A stretch of DNA of 62,932 nt, filler included, from Hyphochytrium catenoides (lineage: Eukaryota; Protista; Hyphochytriomycota), in assembly GCA_900088475.1 (NCBI GenBank). It is 11 parts of 11 records of this genome, joined end to end, with 100 filler letters (N's around TTAATTAATTAA, not from the genome) between each part and the next. Parts side by side here need not be neighbours in the genome. Positions count along the whole stretch, not along the records: positions 37,643 to 52,091 come from FLMG01003699.1; positions 52,192 to 55,557 come from FLMG01001746.1; positions 55,658 to 60,498 come from FLMG01002212.1; positions 60,599 to 61,649 come from FLMG01003302.1; 7 more parts are not named here. The stretch is one strand, 5' to 3'. Under the pieces are notes generated by a model, which worked only from the letters and a program-made list of their open reading frames with translations, did no database searches and was not told where the DNA came from. A program made the position numbers and the translations under genes. Of this stretch, positions 50,782-61,649 are shown one piece after another. Within the stretch, counting starts at the first letter, position 1; each line of letters begins with the position of its first letter.

Positions 50782-52049
50782 ATGCCTTCGTCGTACGAGT
50801 ACTGGTGGGAATCTCAGAGGAAGAGTGGTGGGCCCATAACCTGATGAATTTTACAGAGATGGGTGGCAATGCCTGAAGCCTCTGTATGAGCACAATCTAG
50901 ATGCAATGATAACAAAGGGACTTGGTATTGATGTTTGTGGAGATTTCTCTGAATCGTGACTCAGTCCTGAGAGCCTGGTGTGGACTCGAGATCTTTTGCT
51001 CGGCCCAGCTTCCCTCANNNNNNNNNNNNNNNNNNNNNNNNNNNNNNNNNNNNNNNNNNNNNNNNNNGGTGTACCCGTAACGTCTATGTCCCTGAGAGCT
51101 AGGTGTGTATAGAGAGTGACTACTGTACTAATGACAACGAACAGTAGCACTCAACAGGAAGACCCCCATAAAGTCCTCCTTGGAGGAAAGCTTAAGCGGC
51201 CGCGACTGCAGGCGTTACACTCTGGCAAATTCTGGCGCTGTGAGGTGACCTATTATCCTAGATCGGGGACCAAGGGTGAGCGAAGATGGAGTTCAACGCA
51301 TCGCTCACGAGAAGAAGCTGCTGTAGCTATGGAGAGCTTTTTAGAGACTTTCAACGTTCCTAGGAGGCTACCCTCGGGCACAACGAGAGCTTCAATCCCT
51401 CCTCGTCCGTCTTTAAGGGAAACAGCCATCGGACGGAAGAAGACGGCTGATGTTGCCAGAGAGGCTGCTACCACGTCGGCTGTCTTTGCCACGAAACCGA
51501 CAGTATCGAAGCCGGATGCCTACAAAAGAGTGAAAAGGGAGCTGAGATGGCCTCGATTGACTTTGCTACATTATTGGCAGACCCATAAGGACTTAAAGCA
51601 CGTACGGAAGCTGGAAGATATTCCCAGGCGTAGACTACGGCTCCATTGTGAGTTCGGAGCAGGAGGTTCTACGCTGGCGGCGCTGAGCAGTGTCGAGTTG
51701 GATCACTTGCGCTATCTGATGTTAAAGGCGGACCTCCTGCGACGACAAAGGGCAGAAGATGCGAAGCACAAAGCTGAGGAACTGATGAGCCGCGCAACAA
51801 GTAAGCGGCAAAGCCTACGAACTCCTTCTTATCAGCGCGGAATCAAACGAGGAGGGAGACGCGATGCGGTATTGGTTCAAATACGGGCGAGATTCAAGCC
51901 CTTCAGGAGATGATAATACTAATAAGAAAAGTGAGTGCCTTTGTGGGGTTCCTTCTGACGCCGCCAGTCCCACTCAACTACAACGGGTCGCTCTCCAGGC
52001 AACGCTGGTAGCTCAACTACCATGGGAAATTGCCACTGTTGAACTGTGA
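50782..52049 (+). pseudogene. ORF with N-terminal AP2-like DNA-binding motif, interrupted after codon 10 by an LTR insertion; probably transposon-borne
   Basis: Removing 50812-51156 and one GGAA copy restores MPSSYEYWWEDPHKVLLGGKLKRP...; contains GKFWRCEVTYY...RRWSSTHRSREEAAVAMESF; frame break near 51900. Confidence 0.55.
50842..51156 (-). mobile_element. LTR family A copy (Copia-type PBS adjacent), internal N gap
   Basis: Minus strand starts TGTTGAGTGCTAC and ends TTCATCA, followed by GGTTATGGGCCC; homologous to 57637-57980 and 54043-54244. Confidence 0.9.
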
Positions 52050-52191
52050 TCGACGCTGAAACCAAAAAGTGTACAGCGGATGACGCAGAGGNNNNNNNNN
52101 NNNNNNNNNNNNNNNNNNNNNNNNNNNNNNNNNNNTTAATTAATTAANNNNNNNNNNNNNNNNNNNNNNNNNNNNNNNNNNNNNNNNNNNN

Positions 52192-54042
52192 GAACTGTGA
52201 GCCTTTTAGAGCTCTTGTCAGCTTCTGCTCTCAACAGATCCATCTGGATACGCGAATAGTTCGGGGTTTGACTTGGGTTCAAGGCTAAGACCAGTAAGGG
52301 CTGCTACGTGTTCTCCTATTATGTTACGTTGGCAGCCGCTATCCACCAGAGCTTGTAAGGTCACTCCATTGATGCACACCGGCAACAAGATCAAGCCAGC
52401 TCTAGTTGGTGCTTCTGTGGTGGTAGCGGTGAGCTTCAGATGGGATACGACAGCGGTGGGTGTTGTTCTTGGTGTCAGGGGCATTTTTGTTATTATGTCG
52501 AGAGCACAAGGGTTGGCGAAGGTGACACGACGGGGCCGAGAGGTCGGCTGAACTTCAAGAGAGCAACGGGGTTCAGGGTTTTCAGGGTTCAAGGAATGTT
52601 GTGGGCAGGGATCAGGCATCAACGAACGTGTAGAAAGACTACTTTCATTAATGTTACTAGTGCTTGTTCCAGGGTATAGCCCACTCAACCCTGGAACGAC
52701 CCATTTGGGCCGCTCCCACGATCTTTTCTTGGCGCCGAGAATCGGGGGCAGTCGCGACTAATGTGGCCCGGCTCCCTGCATCGGAAGCAGCCTCCTCCGG
52801 TCCGGAACAGCCTCTCTCTTTCTGCCGGGTTGGGAGGGGCTAGACGGAAAACAGCGTTTATTCCAGTGATCATCAGATCCGCCTCGTTTTGGTCTCGTTG
52901 AGCTGGCTCCTCCACTGGCACCCACTCTCTGAATGGTTGGGCAATTCCCGCGACAAGGTGGGGTTGTTGGCGCGGTAGCGATGCTTCCACCACAAGGGCC
53001 AGTCGTTGCGCCTCGGCTACCGCTGAGGGCTCCAATACCTCCACCAAGGGACGGATGTGGCGGGGAAGCGAGTGAAGGTAGAGAGATAGCTTCTCTTCCC
53101 CAGTCATCCCGGGTACCAGGGTGGTGAGATCGTTGAACTGGGTGGTCAGTTGCCCCATGTTCAGCCTCTGTTGCCCGAGAGCGTAGAGGCGCGTCCGAGC
53201 CGCAGCTACCTCATTGGGTGGGGCATGTGCCCGGATAAGCCGTGCCCGAAAGTCCTCCCAGTGCCTGATAGGCCGTTCACTGCCACTGGCCGCTCCCGTC
53301 ACCAAGTTTCTTCACCACGTTGCAGCCGGACCGGTCAGCAACAAAGATGCAAAGGGTACCTGTGCTATGGCTGGAATACGAGCCAGCTCAAAATACGTGT
53401 CCAACTGATGAAGGAGCCATGAGTGCACATCAATGCCGTCGCGAGCTCGGTTCCCAGCGAAGCGTTGTGGTTGAACGAGGCGTAGGGCAGCGCTGTTAAC
53501 AAAAGTGTCTTCGGTGGGCGCGGCGGAGGAGAGAGGCGGTTGCGAAGGGCGGCAGCGGGAAGCAGGGGCACGTCTTGTAATGGGCACCGCTGCTTGTGTC
53601 CTCCTAGTAGGTTCCTGATGACCCGACGTTTCTAGTATCCCTCGGGCGTTCTCCCGTTAGTTCCTCTACTTCCTCCACCTCGTCCTCCTTTTCTTCCTCC
53701 ACCTCATCCTCCTTTTCTTCCTCAAGATCGTCCTCTTCTTCGCCTTCTACCTCGTCCACTAACTCCTCCTCCTCTTCTTTGGCTTGCTTCTTGTTTTGTC
53801 GCGTTTGTGGCCCCATGGTGGCGTCGAGGGAAGGGGTGCGCCTCCGCGTGCAAAGCTACCAAATGTAAGGAAGGGGACTGTGGTCTAAGGGGATAATCTA
53901 TTAATGAATAATGATTAGTAGTAGCGGCACTCTTATAAGCCTAACCAAGAGGCCTTTCCATATACTGCTCCTCTCTTTCGGACACTGCGTCCTCACCTTA
54001 GAGTGCTCCCTCCTAGTGTCAGTACTCTTGCCACTACCCACA
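52192..54042 (-). mobile_element. Ty3/Gypsy LTR retrotransposon, 5' part: LTR 54042-53864, PBS 53861-53850, degenerate gag 53816-52685, protease 52688-52218
   Basis: TG...CA LTR; PBS TGGTAGCTTTGC; gag (LLTGPAATW*RNL, HWEDFRARL), zinc knuckle CFRCREPGHISRDC; protease ALVDSGCQRNII; frameshift and premature stop in gag. Confidence 0.9.
52666..52709 (-). promoter_or_regulatory. Putative -1 programmed ribosomal frameshift signal (C_CCA_AAT + 10-bp stem-loop)
   Basis: In-frame X_XXY_YYZ heptamer, 5-nt spacer, GTTCCAGGGT/ACCCTGGAAC stem; the -1 frame is open into the protease ORF. Confidence 0.75.
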
Positions 54043-54244
54043 GGAGCAGCACAGTAGAGAGAGATGATGAGGGAAGCTGGGCCGAGCAAAAGATCTCGAG
54101 TCCAGACCAGGCTCTCAGGACTGAGTGATCATTCAGAGAAATCTTCATCACACATCAATACCAAGTCCCTTTGTTATCGTTTCATCTAGATTGTGCTCAT
54201 ACAGAATCTTCAGGCATTGCCACCCAGCTCTGTAAAGTTCATCA
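54043..54244 (+). mobile_element. LTR family A, 3' part (interrupted by the Gypsy element)
   Basis: Aligns with about 57772-57980; ends GTTCATCA. Confidence 0.85.
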
Positions 54245-54459
54245 CCTTTTTGGTAACATAAGATATTTAGGCATAGTAATGTTGCATCTAAAACAATCCA
54301 TCTGGAAAGATAATCCGTGTTCTGAGCATAAACCGTAGATATAGACAGGGACAGCCTGCTAGTTTCATATTTCGGCTTCTCTGGAAGTTCAAAGCTGGAA
54401 ATAGGCCGGCTAAACTTGCCAACGCGCACTCCACATAGCTGTGCCCTCAGACTCCAGCA
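54245..54459 (-). mobile_element. LTR family C, 5' part (cut by LTR A)
   Basis: Reverse complement TGCTGGAGTCTGAGGGCACAGCTATGTGG... is homologous to 58792 onward. Confidence 0.7.
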
Positions 54460-55657
54460 GCTACTCCTCCCCACCAGCTCCACCTCCCTTGCTTGGGTGA
54501 AGAGTCGAAGCTGAACATACAGCGCCACCCGCATGTTGTAGACCCGACGAAAGAGAATACTTTAGTATTGGGTTTCCATTGCACAAAATTCTTTGATCTG
54601 CGAGTCCATCGAAGTTGGCGAGATACAATTCGTCAGCCGCCTTAATCAGAGCGCCTTTCCCCAGAATACTCAAATTAGGTATTGCTTAAGTGCTAGGTAG
54701 AGTCCGTGGACAATGTTATCGGCGCAAAAAGCTGTTCTTAATTGGAGTCGTTCGCAAAGAATTCTTCTTTGTCACTTGGAAACTTGAAGTTAGTTGTCTT
54801 CGTTTTCCTGTTTTAAAAAGAGATCTGTTTAGAATGGTGGTTTAAGATGCTTCCTTGTTGAAAAACTGGTCCTGCTCTTCTATTGCTCTTAGTATGGCCC
54901 AACTGCTTCACGATAACAGATCTTCTTCTTTTATTTTTTTTCATGAGAAGGATTTCATGGGCCTTCTTCGAAGGTTCAGAAAGTTTTCCTTCTACGAGGG
55001 TCCTTTCCACAAAGACAATCAATGACAAGCGTCTTGCTGCCTGAGGTCTCAGCATTCTTGGAAGGATGATGGCTGCGCATACCGGTTGATGGGGACACCG
55101 GCCGCTTGTCGCAGATTGCATTGCTTAAGGATGAACCTTGGTGCGCCTTGTTGTGGAGGTCTTCTCAATAGTGGGATGATTTCTAGTAGAATGTAGTATG
55201 TAAAAAAAGAGTCAGTGGGTTTAGCTATGTCTTCGCTTTGGCTGCCAGCAGGCCTAAGCTCTGACATAGCTTTGCAGAGGAAGACTTCTAAGGCGATTCT
55301 AAGGACTCTTCTCTTAGATCGAACCATTTGACTGATTAACATTGTTAGCAGAAGCAAACCGATCTCAGGGAGAGCAGAGAGTGACAGAGGGAGAGACGGG
55401 ATAAAACTAGGAATGATGAGAGCAGCCTCCTTCGTAGTAAGCGCTACGCTTAGCCAACCATTGGCGCAGGAGACTCGGACTACCCATTCTCGTCAGCAAG
55501 TTCCTCTAAACACTGTAAATCGACAGAGTTGTAGTTGGGATGTGTTGATGGTGTACTNNNNNNNNNNNNNNNNNNNNNNNNNNNNNNNNNNNNNNNNNNN
55601 NTTAATTAATTAANNNNNNNNNNNNNNNNNNNNNNNNNNNNNNNNNNNNNNNNNNNN

Positions 55658-58138
55658 TAGACCACATAACCTAAATAAGAGTGTCTTCAAATCCCATACA
55701 TTATAACACATAGTAGCGATGACCTTCCAAGCTTGGCACGCTGACAACTCCGACTTCTGTGTGTACAAGCTCTAGTGGCTGAGTAGTTTGTCCACTGGCT
55801 TTCATCGGAAACCGCTGCCTGGTAAGTTTTCTGATCGCACAGTCTTGACAGAAGTCCATTTAAGAGTTGCTTGAGAGTGAATGCCCTTGGCAGACTTAGC
55901 CAGTAGACGGACATCCGGCACGTTAAGATGTCCTAAGCGTCTGTGCCACAGAGTCACGGAGACTCCTTTTGCGGGCTGAGCGGTTAAAGTGGTGCATAAG
56001 GAGTAGTGGTTATCCTTTTGGTGCACAGGCTCGATGGCAGTGCCAGTGGCATAGAAGAGGTTGCCAATCTGTGTACCGATGTGGGAAACAGGTGGGTCAC
56101 TAGAGTACTTCCACCACCAATCCTGTTGGTCTTCTGGAGCAGGATAATAGACGTTCCCTTTATCTTGAAAAAGGATATGACCACCCTTTTTGGGCTCTTG
56201 AGAGACCGAGAGCAAATGTTTGGGGAAGCCAGGAACATAAAGTACGTCAGTGAGAGCTAAGACGTTCCCATTTTGTAGCCGGAGATCGATTCTGCCTTTA
56301 CCGACTGCACACAAGGGCCGTTTGTCCGCAGTGTATAGCGTGACGGGTTCGATTTCTTGATAGTCGCGGAACCAGCTCTTTTCACCATTGATGTGATCAG
56401 ACGCACCACTATAGATTATTCATTGTTGGGTTCGTGAGCAGGTGAGGACAGTCGTGGTAGAAGATGTGATATTTGCGTTTTTGCGTAGTTAGAATCCTAG
56501 AGTGCATTTATTACTTTAGCTCTGTCATCTGCGTCAAGTGTGTAAGCAAGGGCAATAATAGAGGAGGTAAACTGTTTTGTGCCCCGTCCCTCCTTAACGG
56601 AATTTCCAGTTTCTTGGACGACGGTGCGCATTGGACTCCAACTCCCAGCAGTCTTCTGACCTATGAGTCTTGCGTCTGCAGTGTTGGCACGGTGTGCGTG
56701 GTGTCTGCGGGCTGCTGTACGAGGTAGCGGACTACGTTTTCCTTCGCCCATTGCTTCCTTACGCTGGATTTCTTGGATGAGGATCTCGTTGATATCCTCA
56801 GCCTTCATCTCTCCCATGCCGCGAACATGAATCGCTTGACCGTAGACTCGCTCGAAGGATTTCAAGGAGACTCTTCAAGATCGCTGCGATGTGCAGCTTC
56901 TCGATGAAGTCTTCTGGCTGCATCATGTCTTCAATTGCGGGCGGTACAATGGCGGGCAATGCTGTCGAGGTGTCTTCGCATGTCATCTCCTTCATTGAAA
57001 GTTGATGACAGAAAAGAAATGAGCGAGGCTACAGTGTTGTTTGAGTTGCGGCTCTCGTACTCGTCTTGTAGCAGAATACATGCCTCCCTTGCAGTGGCTT
57101 TGCGCGGAACAATATGGACGATGTCGTCCGACAGAGCGAGGATAATCTCAGCCTTGGCTCTGCGATCCGCCTTCAGCCACTTTTCTCGCGCATCATCCTT
57201 TAGATCCTTTGAAGATTCAGTTCCTTCGATGTGATGAAACAAAAAAATCAAGCTTGTCAAGGAGCGCTTCCATCTTGGTGCTCCAAGCTGGGTAGTTGTC
57301 GTTGCCCTTGAGCTTGGTGATTGAACCTGACGAGACTCCATTTTTCTGGTCCATCCTGGGGAAAAAAGATGTTTGGACACTTTTGGCCAAGTGGTTGATA
57401 GTTTAGACACTTTTGGTTCTGTCTACTTGGATGGTTGACTTTCCACTTCGCAAGTTCCAGAAGGTTGGCAGGTTGACAGTTTGCTAGGTGTTGCTTGCGT
57501 TGTGTGGAGCCCGATAACCTCTATGTTGACTTGCGGGGTACTTGGGAAATTGGAAAGTGAGATTAGAATGAAGTGGGGGCCGGACCACAGGAGGCGGCCG
57601 TACTGGCATCCGAGGATTTGGATGCCTCACAGCCACTGTTGAGTGCTACCAATGTTCGTTGTCAGTAGTACAGTAGTCACTCTCTATACACACCTAGCTC
57701 TCAGGGACATAGACGTTACGTACACCTGTGTTATGGGAAAGAGAGATGTGAGAAGAAATCCTGAAGGACGCTGGAGCGGCACAGGAGGAGAGAGCGAAGA
57801 TGAGGGAAGCTGGACCGAGCAAAAGATCTTGAGACCAGACCAGACAGACTCACGACTCAGTCATTTTCAGAGAGAACTCTCAATCACATATCAATACCAA
57901 GTCCCTTTGTTATCATTTCATATAGATTGTGCTCATGCAGAAGCTTCAGGCATTGCCACCCAGCTCTGTAAAGTTCATCACCACTCATTTAGATGGTGGT
58001 CTATCGCCATACATAATACTAGCAGCTAGCTGTGCTAACTTGTAATGGCGATATCTCAGCAACTAGAAAGAGTTAGAAGCTGAGATTGGACATTATAATG
58101 ACCGTCATCTATACTACCGGATCCTACATCCAATAACA
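55658..58138 (-). mobile_element. Ty1/Copia LTR retrotransposon, degenerate 5' part: LTR B 58138-57524, PBS about 57519-57506, gag, zinc knuckle, protease, GAG-pre-integrase
   Basis: TGTTA...CAACA LTR; GGTTATCGGGC PBS; UBN2-type gag (WLKADRRAKAEIILALSD); CQHCRRKTHRSEDC; mutated protease site *IIYSGASDH; LTDVLYVPGFPKHLLSVSQ; LWHRRLGHLN; several frameshifts. Confidence 0.9.
57637..57980 (+). mobile_element. Solo LTR family A (344 bp) nested in LTR B, TSD CCAC
   Basis: TGTTG...TCA termini; CCAC at 57633-36 and 57981-84. Confidence 0.88.
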
Positions 58139-58791
58139 TGCTGGACCGCCTGTATGACTTGAAGGAGGTACACTTCCAAGCCTACGGAAGAGGAGGGAAA
58201 GGTGGCGGCGCCAACGAGACTCCCTCGCCAAACGCCACCCATCACCTCAATGCGCTCCGTTCAATGGAGTTGAGCCAGAAAAACAGGGCACAACTGAGGA
58301 GGCTTTTGGGAGAACAGCCGGCTGGTGACGGCTGCTCAGGTCGTCCCCAGAAGCCCAACGTCCCCTTGTGCTTGGTTTTGCAAAGCCTGGGCACCGCGCC
58401 GACACCGACGACCGTCCTAATAAACCTCTTGATGTAAACGCGGACGATGCGGACTATTGGGCGGTGTGGAAGGAGCGCTATGCCGCCTGGAAGAGATCTC
58501 TGAGAGGAGGCCGTCCGGCCAAGCAATGAAGCCTCCGTGCCATGGGGACAAAAGATGGGAGCCCCGATGGTACACGAGCAGCTTCAATTCCCTTCGGTGA
58601 TGCAGTCAGCTGACAAACAAGTCTCTTCCTCCTCTTCAGAGGTGACGATCGTGGATTTCAACAAGCACTTCTGCTGAGGACATCAACACGAACCCTGCTA
58701 GTAGCGAGCTAGAGTTTACAGAAGAAGATGCATTCACCATTGCGGATGGGAAAGCATTCTTTAAGGAGAAGGAGGTCAAAGTCCTTCTCAT

Positions 58792-59115
58792 TGTTGGAGT
58801 CTGAGGGCACAGCTATGTGGCCTACAAGCTGGCAAGCTTAACTACCCAAGTTTCAGCTCCAAACTCCCAGTAGAAGCCGAGATATGAAGTAAAGGAAATG
58901 TCCCTGTTTTTATCTATGGCTTATGGTCAGTACCCCAGGATACCTCCAGGACTGATTATTCTAGACAGGGATATCTCTATAACTCCATATCTTAGGGTTT
59001 ATTAGGAATAGTTGGCATAGTCAGAATAGCTCTAGTTTATGGGACCCCAGTTGGGCTTATAAGTAGAGCACTCTCATCTAATGACATTGTCCGATCATCC
59101 CATACAAATCCAACA
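58792..59115 (+). mobile_element. Solo LTR family C (324 bp), TSD CTCAT/CTCAA
   Basis: TGTTGGA...TCCAACA inverted termini; near-identical 5-bp flanks; second copy at 54245-54459. Confidence 0.8.
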
Positions 59116-59374
59116 CTCAACACCATCAAAAAGCAGGATAGCGACAGGACAGCGGAGCCAGAGACGATGACGGAAGGGCCTACAGACGAGGACCAATGGT
59201 TTAATGCTCTACCATCTAGGTCCTCTTCGGGATTGCCTTTCGACCCTAGGGAGCTGCTATTCATCACGGTCCAGCTCAACGGGTGGAAACACTTAGCGAT
59301 GGTGGACTCTGGCTGCTCGAGAAGCTACCTAGACGTGGCGACCGCAAGATTGTTCTCGATACCAGTGGAGAAGC

Positions 59375-59845
59375 TGTCGCCAAGTTTAGCTGAGTGCTCG
59401 TTGAAAGGTAGTGTGGGACTTGTGCTCTTCGTAGGAGATTGATGAATGACTTAGTTGATCGAAGGTAACCAAGTGCTCATCAAGCTCTTGTCTAGTGGCT
59501 TCTAGAGCTAACTAGCTAAACTACGTAAGTCGCTAACAACCTACTACTGAACTCCTGAGCTAGTTCCTATATCCAAGTTCTACGATGAAAGAGCAACACA
59601 TGCAAAGAAGATAGAAGTATAAAAGGGAGTGAGAGAGAAAGACTTCAGAAGAGACACGAAGAAAGAAAGGCCTTCAAGAGCTTCGGTCCTTGTGTCCAGT
59701 GAGAAGTTCAGAGCGCCATCAGAACTTCCATCTGCAGAGTCTAACGCAGAAGACCAGCACGGTCTAGTGCAGAGACAGTGCGCGGGCGAGAGACTTCCCG
59801 TGCAGCGTCCGAAGGTCAGCAGTAACTTCCAATACTCTTTACACA
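59375..59845. mobile_element. Insertion of about 470 bp splitting the Gypsy protease; probable solo LTR, boundaries approximate
   Basis: Protease halves lie on either side; starts TG, contains TATAAAA at about 59619, candidate CA end; no clean TSD. Confidence 0.45.
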
Positions 59846-60598
59846 AGGAGGGCGATGTAGGTTCTGGTGAGACGTGAGACTTTTACGCTTAACCAGGGGG
59901 CCGAGGCTGAATTCTCAGTACGCTTCCGAGTGGGAGGCGCTCCAGGTTGCAAGCATTGTAGATCTCGTACTACATCCGCAGTAGCCCCGAAGACCTCGTC
60001 CCGATCGTAATGGGCATGCAGTGGCTGGAGGATAATGGAGTTACTCTGGACTGCGAAGGATAATCACTCACGATCAAGGAACGCACGGTAAAAAGGGTAG
60101 ACCCTTCTTACGACTCTAACAACGTGATATCCTTCACCCATGGACCGCCACGAGGAGCCGAAGTTATTTCTGTTATCCATGCGCCCCATTAAGGAGGATG
60201 CAAAAACACAGAGTTGCAGTCACCTAAAGCGAAGGAAGTGATGGCCGAGTTTAAGGAGCTCTTTCCCCGACAACTTGCAATTATGAGGCACCTAAGGAGG
60301 AGGCGGCTCTGTACGCTCAGTACTCTCATCTCTTCCCCGAAGGACCCCTGCCACCCGAGCTACCTCCGGAGCGAGTGGTCGATTGTACCATCCCCATCAC
60401 TCCAGGATCAAAGCCACATTTCCGCCCTGCATACAAGCTTGGACTCGAAGAATGTTGGATTATATGGGATGATTGGACAATGTCATTAGATGAGAGTGNN
60501 NNNNNNNNNNNNNNNNNNNNNNNNNNNNNNNNNNNNNNNNNNTTAATTAATTAANNNNNNNNNNNNNNNNNNNNNNNNNNNNNNNNNNNNNNNNNNNN

Positions 60599-61649
60599 GG
60601 TTTTGGTAAGAAGAAGCGGCGGCCACTTCCCAAGAAGAAAGTCGTGGAGGATGACGCGCAGCGGAAAGAGAGAGAAAGGATGGAAAGGAGGAACGCCGCG
60701 GCTGCCAGACTGTTGGAAAGACAGAAGAAGATGCAGGAACAGAGAGCAAAAGTGAGGCTCTCCGTTGTCTTTCTCTTCAGTTTCCCTTGCTATCTTACCT
60801 ATCTACACTCCAGCCTTCTCTCTCTCTCGCTCGCTCTTGTCTCTCCCTGTCTCTGTCTCAAATGCTCTGATTTACTCCGCTGGTTCTGTCTCCTGCCCTC
60901 TCTTCCTCTTTCTTTCTTTACGATATGCAGCTAATCCCAACCTCTACTAAAGCACTCGTCTCCTTCTCTCACAAACGGCAGGCCAAGGCTCAGAGAAAGG
61001 CTCAGAGTCTGGAAGAGAAAGAGAAGGAAACAGCACAACGAAAGCTTATCTCTTCCCCTTCCGCTTCTCCTGTCACATCTCTCTCTCTTCCGGTGAAGCC
61101 CATAAACGAACTGAAACTAGAAGCCAAGCAGAGGAAAGAGGATCAGCTTCTTCCCTCGGAAGTGACGCCGCCAGTGACTGTAGAGAGAGAGGGAGAGAGA
61201 GAGACGGATCAAGGTGGAAAGAGGAAGGAAGCCCTTCCTCAGTCTCTTCTTCTCCCCAAAACTCTCTCCTCATCTTCAGCTGCCTCCCCTGTCGATCACA
61301 GTCTCGATTCCTCTAGACGAACGACATCAGCCCGCCAAGCTGAAGGGAAAGAGAAGACTATACCAGGAGAGGAAGAGAGAGAGACGAAGAGAGAAGAGAC
61401 AGTGATTGTTACCCAGAAAGAGCCCAAAGCGATAGAAGAGAAGAACCAAACTGCACTCTCCTCCGCTGCAGATGCTCCTTCTGCTCCTTCCGCTCTTCCG
61501 CGTCTCTCTCCCCTAGAGGAAGATAAGGAACTGCAGAAGCTCCCTCTCCCGGCATCTCTTTCTGCTATTGAAGTTGAGGTTCCGGCGCCGTCTCTCTCTC
61601 TTCCCACAGCAGCCTCCGCTGTCCCTGATCCCTCTCTCTCTCTCCTTTC
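60599..61649 (+). CDS. Fragment of a low-complexity coiled-coil then S/P/E-rich protein
   Basis: Exon ...ERMERRNAAAARLLERQKKMQEQRAK|GT, then a long open frame to the contig end. Confidence 0.45.

Larger units (their letters stand above)
58139..60498 (+). mobile_element. Highly degenerate Gypsy-like gag-protease remnant, interrupted by LTR insertions
   Basis: Decayed zinc knuckle near 58370 (C..C..PGHRA); protease N-part HLAMVDSGCSRSYL (59290) and C-part PIVMGMQWLEDNGVTLDC (60000). Confidence 0.7.

Noticed and set aside
50819-50823. GGAAG as a perfect 5-bp TSD for the LTR A insertion
   Set aside because: It lies inside the tRNA-like D-arm segment and does not restore the reading frame, whereas the GGAA pair does; disfavoured rather than excluded.
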